DNA of 53,409 bases from a virus (Duplodnaviria; Caudoviricetes): positions 1-53,409 of the IMG/VR virus record IMGVR_UViG_3300025693_000004; one strand, 5' to 3'. Shown here piece after piece: positions 28,581 through 37,768 of this stretch; position 1 is the stretch's first letter, and each line of letters begins with the position of its first letter. The translations under genes and the position numbers were made by a program. The notes beneath the pieces are model-generated. The model searched no databases and was not told the origin of the DNA. It saw nothing but the letters and a program-made list of their open reading frames with translations.

Positions 28581-29447
28581 TTAAGACTTAGTTGCAGGTA
28601 AGTGAACTAAGGCATCCGCTTGAACAGTTTTGAATCCAAAAACATTCAAACCACGAATTGCATCGCCAAACGTATCTTGAAGGCGCAATGTTTCAGTTTT
28701 CACAAACTGAGAAGCAAAGGTAATCGCTTCTTTTTGCCCTGCGATACATTGGTATGTATCGGGAGCGCCTGCTGTAATAGCGACGTTATTAGATGAGTAG
28801 ACTGTGAATCTATCAATCTGACCAACACGACCATTACGAAGGATTGATGTACCATCCCCAGAAATTGACGCATCTTTTAAATCAGATTTTTTAATCATTC
28901 CGCAAATCCAAGGCGGTAAAACAATAAAACGGCCAGTTTCCGGCACGTTCTTTTCATCTAACGCTGTCCCTGCATCAACAATCCAATCTAAAACATTAGC
29001 TTTAGTAACAACAAGTGAAGCGAGTGCGGTTGTTGCATCAGCATAAACAGCGCCTAAAACCTGCGAATCAATCGCAATTTTCATTTGCTCTGCTGCATCC
29101 ATTGTTGTCTCATTCACGATATTAATATCGGACTGAGCACCATCAATGTCATCAACTTTAAACGCGTAAGACTTCGCCCTATCAATCAGAAGCTCAATCA
29201 TGCCATCAACTAAATCTTGATAGCTTAATGCGCTATTGACCGTGTAATCAGTAATCGCAATGGTAGGTCTAATACGAATATTAACCTTGGAGCCACCACC
29301 TTTAATCTCACCTTCCCAGTTATGGTTGGCGATTTCACTTAAAACCGTGTTTAAGTAGAACTTACTTTGTAATTTTTTTGACCAAACTTCTGGTAAAAAA
29401 TTACCTCCGGGTAAATTAGCACCCGTTCTTGCTACGCCTGCTGGCAT
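28581..29447 (-). CDS. Major capsid protein
   Basis: FLPEVWSKKL, WEGEIK..G..V.I, LDEKNVPETGRF and FGDAIRGLNVFG; follows scaffold. Confidence 0.88.
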   Translation of the reverse strand: MPAGVARTGANLPGGNFLPEVWSKKLQSKFYLNTVLSEIANHNWEGEIKGGGSKVNIRIRPTIAITDYTVNSALSYQDLVDGMIELLIDRAKSYAFKVDDIDGAQSDINIVNETTMDAAEQMKIAIDSQVLGAVYADATTALASLVVTKANVLDWIVDAGTALDEKNVPETGRFIVLPPWICGMIKKSDLKDASISGDGTSILRNGRVGQIDRFTVYSSNNVAITAGAPDTYQCIAGQKEAITFASQFVKTETLRLQDTFGDAIRGLNVFGFKTVQADALVHLPATKS

Positions 29448-29535
29448 AATCTTTCTCCATGAAGGAAACTAATTAACTGTGCATCACTGCATGAGCTTTC
29501 TTAGTTTTTCCTTGCTTCTCAGCAAAGATTTATTT

Positions 29536-30357
29536 TTACGCAATCAATCCCTGCGCCATTGCTTTATCAATAGCCGCTTCGTTTTTAGCAAAAACCTCTG
29601 GCGACATTGCAGCAATACTTTCTCGCGTGAATTGTTTTGGTGCGTTACTTGTTGGCGTTACTTGGCTTCCGACTCGCGGTGTAGCCACATTTTTAGCCTG
29701 CTCCAATTTACTTGGCGCATTATCTGGGCTATTGGATAACCCCATTTGTTGCTTATACTGATCTAAAACATAGATAACATCTTGAACCGAACCATTACTA
29801 ATCGCTTGTTTAACAACATTTGATTGTCTTTCGGCCCATCCTTGAAAGTCCGTACTATTAGCAATCTCAACAACATCCGCATGAACACTTTTTACAGCTT
29901 CTAAGTGAGAATTTTGCTCAGTCTGAGCGCTCGCTTTCTGAATACTGTCATTTGATGTTTTCACATCACCTAGTAATTTCTCCATTGCGCGAAGCTTATT
30001 CACCAATGGCGTAACAATTTCAGGGTAATCTTCCATCAATCCCTCTAAATCATCAGGTGTATCTTTTTCAAGAGCCTGCTGTTCATTGGGTATATTCACT
30101 TGCTGCTTTAATGCTTCAACCTCTTTTCGTAATGCCGCTGTTTCTTCTAGTGCTTGGTGCATTCTGGCTTCTGCGTTTTTATAACGCTCAGCACTTACCA
30201 TGTCACTCTCGCTATTTTCAGATTTTGGCGGCGGTGTTGGCTCGTTATTATCGGTATCAGTCGGCAATGTTTCAGGCTCTTGCCCTGCAAGTGTACCGTT
30301 TTGTTGCTGCTGCAATAATTCGTCTGCTTCTTTATCTAATTGCTCAGGATCAATCAT
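29536..30357 (-). CDS. Scaffolding protein
   Basis: Acidic coiled-coil protein directly upstream of capsid; C-terminal FTRESIAAMSPEVF. Confidence 0.75.
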   Translation of the reverse strand: MIDPEQLDKEADELLQQQQNGTLAGQEPETLPTDTDNNEPTPPPKSENSESDMVSAERYKNAEARMHQALEETAALRKEVEALKQQVNIPNEQQALEKDTPDDLEGLMEDYPEIVTPLVNKLRAMEKLLGDVKTSNDSIQKASAQTEQNSHLEAVKSVHADVVEIANSTDFQGWAERQSNVVKQAISNGSVQDVIYVLDQYKQQMGLSNSPDNAPSKLEQAKNVATPRVGSQVTPTSNAPKQFTRESIAAMSPEVFAKNEAAIDKAMAQGLIA

Positions 30358-30448
30358 TTAATGCTCTCTTTTTTGCATTGAGGCTTTCGCTGTATCAATA
30401 CGGTTAATGAGTTATGGGGTTAATACCGTATCCATAACTCGAATTTAT

Positions 30449-30706
30449 TTATTGCTCTAAAATTGTTTCTGCCTGCGTTTCAATCTTTAAGATTTCTCTT
30501 AATTCTTTACAGCTACCTTGTATTTGCTTGTGTTTATCGCTGTCTGCATACTCAAGCTCATCCCTTAGCGCTTCCAATCGCCTATTAAGGTATTGGTTGA
30601 ATAATTCCCAATCACTAGATATTCTCAGGCGGTAGATTGCCGACGCTTCCTGCTTGGATAGATGCTTGTTGTTGCTGTAGTGCCTGTTGTTGCTGGATTT
30701 CTTCAT
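30449..30706 (-). CDS. Small conserved head gene (Bbp19-like)
   Basis: WELFNQYLNRRL...KQIQG...LREIL between portal and scaffold; overlaps the portal 3' end. Confidence 0.6.
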   Translation of the reverse strand: MKKSSNNRHYSNNKHLSKQEASAIYRLRISSDWELFNQYLNRRLEALRDELEYADSDKHKQIQGSCKELREILKIETQAETILEQ

Positions 30707-32480
30707 CGTCTTTAATTATTTCCTTGGCGTTTATATCCATTGATTCAGCGATTGAGCGCAGTAAAGCCGGTCTATTCACATAATTAACGTCAATAGGATT
30801 CGCTGTCATTTGTGCAAACTGGGTTAATCTCTGACTCTGAATTTCTTTAGCAACAAGGGTTGTGGCTCCGCGTGCATCCACATTCATATCACCCTTAATT
30901 TCTTCCTTATCGCTCCATTGCATATTCCAATCATAAAGCGACTCAAGAAGCGGTCTAATCATGTAATCATCAATATTCTTAACAATGCCCTTGATTGATG
31001 TATTCGCAGCACCCATCAACATACTCATGCCGGATGCTGTTTTATTTAAGCCTGGCATTTGCTGGCCGTGCGTATAACTTGGCAATGCCGTTTCTTCATC
31101 AGCAAAACGCCTAAACATTTCAATAATAGAGCTGATTGGCTGTACATTTGAATTTGGCTGATAAAAGCGCATCATTGGTACGCTCGGATCACCTGAGTCA
31201 CGCTTCCATACCTTCCACGGTTTAAAGTCATTTGGGTCTTCACCTGCTGCAAGTAGATTAGTGTTTACTTCAACTTGTGGTGCAGATGAGATTGCCATAT
31301 TGTCTAATAACGATCTAACAGAAGCGTTCAGTGTTTCTTGTGAGTCACGCATCATTCGAGCTGGGCTAATTCCCCAAAATTGATGAATAACTCTTTGGTA
31401 ATGAAAAATTTGATACGGTAATCGTTGTTTTTTGGCAGGGTTAATCTGAGCTAATAGCGTCCGACTGCCACATACCCAAACATTCGCATGATAATCTTTT
31501 GTTTCATCTTCAACATCAACACCAGCACTTATTAGTTCTCGACCCGACACATTGCCCCAGTACTCTAATACGTCATATCGCTGTGATTCGGTAGCCGATG
31601 TATTACTTAAACCAGCAATACTTTTACGCTCTATTTCATGATGTTCTTCAACGTGCGTACCGCTTTGTGCTGTATTGACTAATAAATCATTAATAACCTC
31701 AGCATTAAATCTTTCATCATTTTTTAGCTCGCGTAATTGATTTCTATTAAGAACATGACGCTGGAAAATCCCAATACAATCTTCAATTGAGTCAGCAAAA
31801 GGGTCTTGATATAAATCAAATACTGAAACCTGTTCAATTTTTGGCGCAGGTCTTTCTTCGTTGTGAATGTCCCACTCAGTTTCTCCTTGTCTCCATGACT
31901 GCTTAACCGCCACACCGGTGGTAACACCCTTAATCGCACCAGAACCAATAACACATGATTCCATGATTGCAGATTTTGCTTTTCTATCATAGTGCTCCTC
32001 AGTTAGTTGGTCATCTATCTCATCAGACATTAATTCAACCTGCATTTTTGCAAGTTCGGTTAATTGTTCTGGTGTTAGCTCTATATCCTGCCCTGTCATT
32101 GGGTCAGGAATGGTATTACCGTTCGCTAGGCTTGGGTTTGGTGTTGAGTCAATTGACCAATGCTTATCATTTGATTGAAAAAGTAAATCAACAATGCGCG
32201 AATAAGCAGCAATACATTTAACCAAAGTAATGGCCACATAAACATGTGATTGCTCAGTACCTATTCTTGTATCAGACTCATAAATACCATTGAATGCACG
32301 TAAATCTTTTAGCCACTCTTCTTCAACATCTCGCTTTGCATCCTTCCATGAGCTAAAGCGACGACTTAAAGTAGAGCCTAGCGCGTCATTAATCGCTTGC
32401 TGCTTGCGCTCTTCTATCTCAATCTCTTGATCTGTCGGCTCTGGCTTATTGCCTAGCTCAATATTAAGTAATCCAGCCAT
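30615..32480 (-). CDS. Portal protein
   Basis: 621 aa after TerL; FWGISPARMMRDSQ, LDNMA, TASGMSMLMGA and Gln-rich tail. Confidence 0.88.
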   Translation of the reverse strand: MAGLLNIELGNKPEPTDQEIEIEERKQQAINDALGSTLSRRFSSWKDAKRDVEEEWLKDLRAFNGIYESDTRIGTEQSHVYVAITLVKCIAAYSRIVDLLFQSNDKHWSIDSTPNPSLANGNTIPDPMTGQDIELTPEQLTELAKMQVELMSDEIDDQLTEEHYDRKAKSAIMESCVIGSGAIKGVTTGVAVKQSWRQGETEWDIHNEERPAPKIEQVSVFDLYQDPFADSIEDCIGIFQRHVLNRNQLRELKNDERFNAEVINDLLVNTAQSGTHVEEHHEIERKSIAGLSNTSATESQRYDVLEYWGNVSGRELISAGVDVEDETKDYHANVWVCGSRTLLAQINPAKKQRLPYQIFHYQRVIHQFWGISPARMMRDSQETLNASVRSLLDNMAISSAPQVEVNTNLLAAGEDPNDFKPWKVWKRDSGDPSVPMMRFYQPNSNVQPISSIIEMFRRFADEETALPSYTHGQQMPGLNKTASGMSMLMGAANTSIKGIVKNIDDYMIRPLLESLYDWNMQWSDKEEIKGDMNVDARGATTLVAKEIQSQRLTQFAQMTANPIDVNYVNRPALLRSIAESMDINAKEIIKDDEEIQQQQALQQQQASIQAGSVGNLPPENI

Positions 32481-32566
32481 AAATTAGTTTCCAGCAATGG
32501 GAGTGTTATTGTCATCACGACAATTTGGTTTTTCATGCTAAGGGAAGAAACCGCTATCTCAGCGGT

Positions 32567-34132
32567 TTAATGATAATTCTGTGTACTGCTAGTTTTGTGA
32601 TTCTTAGGCTTAGGTGCATGCAATACCATTTCACCCGCTATTGCTCGACTCATAACCCGATCATCAAAACATCCGGCTTTAGCGTTATAGCTACCATTGT
32701 CCTCAATGATGTAAGTTTCTAGCTCTTTAATTGTTTCAATGCAGCAAATACCATGATCTCCGTCTCTGAGTTCTGCTTTTAATTGGTCAATTATCTTAGC
32801 CTTACTTTTAGCTGTTGTTAGCCAACCAAAGCGCTTAGTTTCTTTGCTCTCTCCACGATTCTCTAAATCAACCTGAGCATAAATATTTGAATAGCCAGTT
32901 TTTCTTAGCGTGGTTAATGTCGTTAATCCGTGATTGTTTCTTTCAACACCCACTAACGCATTGTTGTATTTCTTTCCGAGTTTAGCGAGTAAGTCACCAA
33001 AACGATCAGGGTCAATATGGCCATGCCACTGTGCAACTTGATAGCCTTCTGGTAATTGCAAAACATCTGCACAACTATAGTCGCCTGTTATCAATCCTTC
33101 CGCAACATCAGCACCAATAACGTAACGCTTACCTGCCTTCGGATCATCCCACACTCTAAGCAACCCATCCTTACGCTGATTAATACCGCTACTATCAATA
33201 TCTGCCCGGTATGTTTCAGTAAAACACTCAACCTTAGCCGCGTTGGTATGGTCGGCTTCAAATACTGGACGACCAGAGAATAAAAAAGCCTCTTCTGGTG
33301 TACATGGGTATTCTTGCTTAAAAAGACTTAAGCCAAGCTCGTGTACTTTATTTCTACGCCAGCTTAATTGCTTATCAGTTAAATTATGCAGCTTAACTAG
33401 CAATAACTCTTCTTTAGTTCGTACAAAATCAGGGGTTACTAATTTAACGTACTCATCCTGCCAGAACCACGGACAAAATATAGCGATATACTCGCCCTTT
33501 CCGTTCGTAGCATCCTGCCACATTTCGTAGAACTTACCACCAACACCATTAGCCGTGCTTTCTAGTATTGATTCTGTTTCCGGTTCATCAGGTAATGCCT
33601 GCATAATCCCAGCTATATGTTCATCAGCATTCGGCCAAAAGGCACATTCCGAGCCATGAAATAGTTGAATAGTCGAGCCTCGTCCTGTTCCTTTACTGCC
33701 TGCTGTTCCTAGCTGATAGTCTGAATCAATAGAAAATATTAACTCTTTAGCATTAGATGCTTTGGTCGGTATCTTAATCTGTAGCGGTGTATGTTCATAA
33801 TACCGCTTCACCATGTTAAACAGGTTTGTAGTTGCCTTTTCTTCATGGGTCAAAATATACGTTCTAATTCCGACTTTCTGTATTGTTTTCCAGTAGAAAC
33901 GACCACCAATCATAGTTGATGCGCCCTGTTGCCGACCTTTTAAAACAATAGCCCTGACTTTTCCTATACTACTAAGCTGTAAATCTAAACGCTTAGTAAT
34001 GTATATCTGTGCTTTGTTTAAAATTAACGGTGTAACTTTTCCCGACTTCGTTTTTATCTTTAAAACATTCTCAGAAAAATATCTAAAATCTGTCTTTAAT
34101 CTCTGTAGCTTATTCCGCTTCTTCTTCTTCAT
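32567..34132 (-). CDS. terL: Terminase large subunit
   Basis: LKGRQQGAST Walker A-like, FHGSE, ESTANG; nuclease IGADVAEG...DYS and FDDRVMS. Confidence 0.93.
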   Translation of the reverse strand: MKKKKRNKLQRLKTDFRYFSENVLKIKTKSGKVTPLILNKAQIYITKRLDLQLSSIGKVRAIVLKGRQQGASTMIGGRFYWKTIQKVGIRTYILTHEEKATTNLFNMVKRYYEHTPLQIKIPTKASNAKELIFSIDSDYQLGTAGSKGTGRGSTIQLFHGSECAFWPNADEHIAGIMQALPDEPETESILESTANGVGGKFYEMWQDATNGKGEYIAIFCPWFWQDEYVKLVTPDFVRTKEELLLVKLHNLTDKQLSWRRNKVHELGLSLFKQEYPCTPEEAFLFSGRPVFEADHTNAAKVECFTETYRADIDSSGINQRKDGLLRVWDDPKAGKRYVIGADVAEGLITGDYSCADVLQLPEGYQVAQWHGHIDPDRFGDLLAKLGKKYNNALVGVERNNHGLTTLTTLRKTGYSNIYAQVDLENRGESKETKRFGWLTTAKSKAKIIDQLKAELRDGDHGICCIETIKELETYIIEDNGSYNAKAGCFDDRVMSRAIAGEMVLHAPKPKNHKTSSTQNYH

Positions 34133-34520
34133 CAGGCAACCCTTCGACCCACTCACTAAGTCCAGCGTGGCTAATAGATTGTTCTGTTTTATCTTTCCAA
34201 GAAAAGTTGTTTTTCAGATTGAAGATAAGCCCTGCCGCAGGCATACCAGATACTAACGCTTCTTCCAATGAAACCTCTACCATTAGTCGGGCAGTTTCAA
34301 TAATATCTGCAAAATCATCACGATTATTGTAATCAATCAATGAAGTTCTACTTTTAAAGCCTAATGCTAATGCAAGCCCCGACATAGTAGGCGGCTTGGT
34401 TACTTCATCATTTGAAACGCATGAATCAAAGTAATCATCAACGGCCTGCTTCAGTTCTTTTGGAGTTTCATACTTCATTACTCTGCCTGCTTTAGCGTTT
34501 TTTGTCATATCTCTAACCAA
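34110..34520 (-). CDS. terS: Terminase small subunit (P22 gp3-like)
   Basis: VDDYF...PPTMSGLALALGF...IFNLKNNFSWKDK; overlaps the TerL start. Confidence 0.85.
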   Translation of the reverse strand: MVRDMTKNAKAGRVMKYETPKELKQAVDDYFDSCVSNDEVTKPPTMSGLALALGFKSRTSLIDYNNRDDFADIIETARLMVEVSLEEALVSGMPAAGLIFNLKNNFSWKDKTEQSISHAGLSEWVEGLPDEEEEAE

Positions 34521-34740
34521 TCGCTAATTTAACTGCACTAAGAAAGCCGAGATGGTCAACAATAAAAAAACCTAAAGCACCGTAAGCCGTGTATTGAATA
34601 TGCGTTAGTGTTGAGCTGATTCGTCCTATCTTGCACCGAACGTCAGCAACACCAGTGGCAAGACTCTTAATCTCTTTATCATGCGTATCAACATCAAACC
34701 GCATCTTTAAAACATTATTCTCTAAACAATCGCCAGGCAT
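34513..34740 (-). CDS. Putative holin-like protein
   Basis: Coiled coil plus C-terminal hydrophobic segment; position at the start of the late operon. Confidence 0.4.
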   Translation of the reverse strand: MPGDCLENNVLKMRFDVDTHDKEIKSLATGVADVRCKIGRISSTLTHIQYTAYGALGFFIVDHLGFLSAVKLAIG

Positions 34741-34753
34741 CTATGCCAACCCT

Positions 34754-34993
34754 TTATGGAATTTTGCTAATTAAATTATTCATTGCTTCAATGGCCTTCT
34801 CGTTACTTGCCATTGAGTCAGCTCCGCCATCCAATCCGCAAGTAGGAGAGATATGTAAATCACCTGCCTGAATATCTCTAGCCGACCAAATATCTAACTG
34901 ACATGAGCTGCCATCCTTGTTCGTATGCATATACGCATACTTAGCTCCACACCCTGAGAGCAATGCACAACATAAAACTAATAATATCTTCAT
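34754..34993 (-). CDS. Lipoprotein (possible spanin-like component)
   Basis: MKILLVLCCALLSG|C lipobox. Confidence 0.65.
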   Translation of the reverse strand: MKILLVLCCALLSGCGAKYAYMHTNKDGSSCQLDIWSARDIQAGDLHISPTCGLDGGADSMASNEKAIEAMNNLISKIP

Positions 34994-35328
34994 GAGAAAA
35001 ACGCCTTTTCACCAAAATTATGTACAGCTTCGTAATAGGTTATTGCTCTGTGCCGCCTTAATACAGCAACAAAACCACCGTGATGATTAATAATGCGGAT
35101 TAGATTAACCAGCATTTCAATATCTGCCCGAGCTTTGTCTTCGATTGTTACGCCAATGTAGTACGCATAATCATGTATATCAAAAACCTTTGTACAATCT
35201 AATCCATAAATACTGTTAGGTATGAATGCTGACCGCCAATCATTCGCAGCTCCCGCGCCATTGCATATTTTCGCTCTCTCGCTTTGGCTTAGCTCGTCAT
35301 ATCCCTTGGGTTTTAATAATTCAATCAT
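34990..35328 (-). CDS. Phospholipase A2-like / DUF1353-like phage protein
   Basis: ICNGAG...DIHDYAY...KARAD...YYEAVHNFG pattern with HD dyad. Confidence 0.55.
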   Translation of the reverse strand: MIELLKPKGYDELSQSERAKICNGAGAANDWRSAFIPNSIYGLDCTKVFDIHDYAYYIGVTIEDKARADIEMLVNLIRIINHHGGFVAVLRRHRAITYYEAVHNFGEKAFFS

Positions 35329-35341
35329 AAATTTTAGGCAT

Positions 35342-35376
35342 AAAAAAAGCCGAGGCAACGAATTGACTCAGCTTTT
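35342..35376 (-). terminator. tR'-like terminator gating the late operon
   Basis: Minus strand AAAGCTGAGTCAA-ttcg-TTGCCTCGGCTTTTTTT, just downstream of the late promoter. Confidence 0.75.
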
Positions 35377-35394
35377 ACAAATATATTAAAACGC

Positions 35395-35423
35395 AGTATA
35401 TCGACCAAAAAGCGGCAAAGCAA
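35395..35423 (-). promoter_or_regulatory. Late promoter, pR'-like
   Basis: Minus strand TTGCTT-17 bp-TATACT, followed by a short leader and terminator. Confidence 0.75.
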
Positions 35424-35447
35424 GGTTTTTATCGTCTATTACCTGCC

Positions 35448-35505
35448 ACATAACCAGCCGTTCGAGCGTGCGCAAAAAGACGCGTCGCTCATCTACCAGT
35501 TATTT
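35448..35505. other. attC-like (59-base element) site
   Basis: ACATAAC-cagccg-TTCGAGCG-tgcg-caaaaaga-cgcg-TCGCTCA-tctacca-GTTATTT, 58 bp. Confidence 0.65.
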
Positions 35506-35507
35506 TT

Positions 35508-35721
35508 CTATATTTACTATCAAAAATGGAACGTGCTCTTTATTTGCTCCGCTAACAACTATTGTAGGCACTTTCCACACAGGCAATCCAAATATTGTAT
35601 CTTCATGGAAAAACTCGCATACTAAGTTAGAAACTTCGCCTTGAATTTCTCTCTTACATTCAACTCCATTAAGCTTTGTCTCTTAGTATGTATTGCGTTA
35701 ATTACCTCTTCTACTCTCATA
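35508..35721 (-). pseudogene. Small frameshifted ORF
   Basis: GAGGG RBS and ATG give MRVEEVINAIHTKRQSL..., which stops early; a second frame continues GVECKREIQGEV...FLIVNI to a stop just before the attC-like site. Confidence 0.45.
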
Positions 35722-35765
35722 ATCCCTCTAAATTTCGTGGAGCTAAACAGCGTCGTTCGCCTTAG

Positions 35766-36017
35766 CTATTCCGAATCCAGTATAAAATTAATTGCATGAT
35801 CTTCTTGCATATTGCACCGTGCAAATATAGCTGCTGCTGGGTCTGGCTCAGAAGGTATCGATAAATATCCACATTCATGACTGTTAATAATTAGCTTCCC
35901 TCGTTCCCTTGCTAAATCCTTATACATCCCGACATATTCATTCATAAGATGAAATACCTGTGTTGCTGTAATTTTCCCGCTTTTTTGTGCCTCATTAATT
36001 TCATTAATAGTTAACAT
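35766..36017 (-). CDS. Hypothetical protein
   Basis: 83-aa ORF flanked by repeated TAAATTTCnnGGAGCTAAAnAGC elements. Confidence 0.65.
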   Translation of the reverse strand: MLTINEINEAQKSGKITATQVFHLMNEYVGMYKDLARERGKLIINSHECGYLSIPSEPDPAAAIFARCNMQEDHAINFILDSE

Positions 36018-36050
36018 ATTTTTCCCATAAATTTCTCGGAGCTAAAAAGC

Positions 36051-36440
36051 TCAGTTTCTTGTTTTAACGCTCTGACCAACCAACCCAAGAGCATTTCTAT
36101 GTATCATCCGCCCTGTTCTTTCGCAGCAACCAAGCAACTCATTAATCGTACTAAGCTTAACCTTGTGCTGATAGCGCAATAATAAATACTGATACGCTCG
36201 AATATCAACACACCGAAGCCGCTCTTCAATAGCAAAATTCATACGACTAATGAATAATAAAAAATCCTTATCAGTCATTTCAACACCGCGTGGCACTGAT
36301 GATTGCTTATAGCCGCCGCCACTACTACTATCGCCTCCCATCTTTGCAGTCATAGACTCTTTTGCGTACCCAGAATTGTTACTTTTCAAATCCAAGTAAT
36401 CAAAGTAGGTTTCTATTGCGTGTACAGTGTGCGACTTCAT
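36051..36440 (-). CDS. Antiterminator Q-like protein
   Basis: GYAKES N-terminal motif, C-terminal HTH-like region, upstream of a pR'/tR' arrangement. Confidence 0.6.
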   Translation of the reverse strand: MKSHTVHAIETYFDYLDLKSNNSGYAKESMTAKMGGDSSSGGGYKQSSVPRGVEMTDKDFLLFISRMNFAIEERLRCVDIRAYQYLLLRYQHKVKLSTINELLGCCERTGRMIHRNALGLVGQSVKTRN

Positions 36441-36486
36441 TATTATTTACAGCCCTTTTTTATAGTGAACAGTTTTGAGCGCCTTA

Positions 36487-36786
36487 TTAACCTGCGTTAA
36501 ATTGAACATGAATATGATTACCTTCAAATAAAACCAAGTACTTATCACCTAAAATAAACTGTAATTTACCTGCTATTTTCTGCGCCGTTTCCTTTGTAAA
36601 ATACCGCGTTCTAAAATCTAGCGCATAGCCATAATAATGAAAGCTTCCTGCACTATGCGTACCATCGAGTGCCGAGGTAACAACTAACTCTTGACCATAT
36701 TCTTTCCATAGTTTTTCCGCTTCCTTTAAAACTTTTCTCATTGGCAACTGAAGTCCTGCCATTTTTACATCTAGTTTAATTTTCAT
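36487..36786 (-). CDS. M15/Hedgehog-type Zn peptidase (candidate endolysin)
   Basis: VVTSALDGTHSAGSFHYYGYALDFR...NHIHVQ. Confidence 0.75.
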   Translation of the reverse strand: MKIKLDVKMAGLQLPMRKVLKEAEKLWKEYGQELVVTSALDGTHSAGSFHYYGYALDFRTRYFTKETAQKIAGKLQFILGDKYLVLFEGNHIHVQFNAG

Positions 36787-36803
36787 TTTTCATCGCCTTA
36801 TTG

Positions 36804-37328
36804 TTAATAAACTAAGCCTTTCCAGTCTTCATTTTCTTCGTTGAATCTGATTAATAAATCAGCCCACTTACTTATTTTCATCGCTTTATTTTGTAATTTT
36901 TTACCTTTGTTTTTCATCAAGTAAATATCATCCAAATTAAAGCGATAAATTTCTTTTATGCGCCCATTTTGTATATCTAAATTTATTTCTTTATCGAATA
37001 AAAAGAGCCGCTTTTTTTTCACAATGCACGTCATATGCCTCTCGGTTTTTTCTTTAGAAATTTGCACAGAACAATAAGCCAGATAAACATCATAAAACCC
37101 TAATAGCGTGAAAAATTTAGCAATGGCTATATCCTCACAATCACCATCCCCGCTCACTAGCGTTTCCATTGGTGTCTGCCAGTAATCAATAACTCCATAC
37201 TTTGCTTGATCTGTTTTGTAACTGACCGCTGCATTCCAGAAGTCATTAACCTCATGAATCGTGGCGACTCCCTTTTTCACTCGGTCATTAAGCGCTTTTA
37301 ATTCATTAATTCTATTTTTTAAGTACAT
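36804..37328 (-). CDS. Transglutaminase-like cysteine peptidase (BTLCP / C93, LapG-like)
   Basis: VNDFWN...YKTD...YG..DYWQTPMETL..GDGDCEDIAIAKF...H. Confidence 0.82.
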   Translation of the reverse strand: MYLKNRINELKALNDRVKKGVATIHEVNDFWNAAVSYKTDQAKYGVIDYWQTPMETLVSGDGDCEDIAIAKFFTLLGFYDVYLAYCSVQISKEKTERHMTCIVKKKRLFLFDKEINLDIQNGRIKEIYRFNLDDIYLMKNKGKKLQNKAMKISKWADLLIRFNEENEDWKGLVY

Positions 37329-37345
37329 AAGATTGCCCTTTGAAT

Positions 37346-37768
37346 TCACCACGAATAAACCAGCATCGCAGAATCTCTTTGTTCTGAATTTGTGCGTGCT
37401 TTCCACCCTGTTGTTCGCTTAAATGTTTCAGCACTTAGCTTTCCTTGCGGCTTTATTTCACGGTAATTAATTCTATTTTCAGCGCACCACTCGACAATCA
37501 ACTTCCCAATTTGATGATTGGCTCCAACAGCCTTTGCTATTTTTTCTCCCACTGATTTTGTTTGGCCTTTTCTTCCATGAAAATTAGATTTTTTAATCTG
37601 CCACCCTGCTTCCACGACAACCGTTATTTCCTTACCCAACCATTCCAGACGTGAAATTAAATCAAAAAAACGAAGTGTTGTTATTTCAACAAAAACCCGT
37701 TTTTCTGAGTCCCACACGGAAAATCCGCTTTTATCAACATCAGGGTCTATACCCACAATAATTGTCAT
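37346..37768 (-). CDS. RuvC-like Holliday junction resolvase
   Basis: IIVGIDPD, VVVE and QRDSAML catalytic pattern. Confidence 0.7.
   Translation of the reverse strand: MTIIVGIDPDVDKSGFSVWDSEKRVFVEITTLRFFDLISRLEWLGKEITVVVEAGWQIKKSNFHGRKGQTKSVGEKIAKAVGANHQIGKLIVEWCAENRINYREIKPQGKLSAETFKRTTGWKARTNSEQRDSAMLVYSW

Noticed and set aside
18978-33530. Antisense and short off-frame ORFs over tail, head and terminase genes
   Set aside because: Fully overlap well-supported genes and lack recognisable motifs
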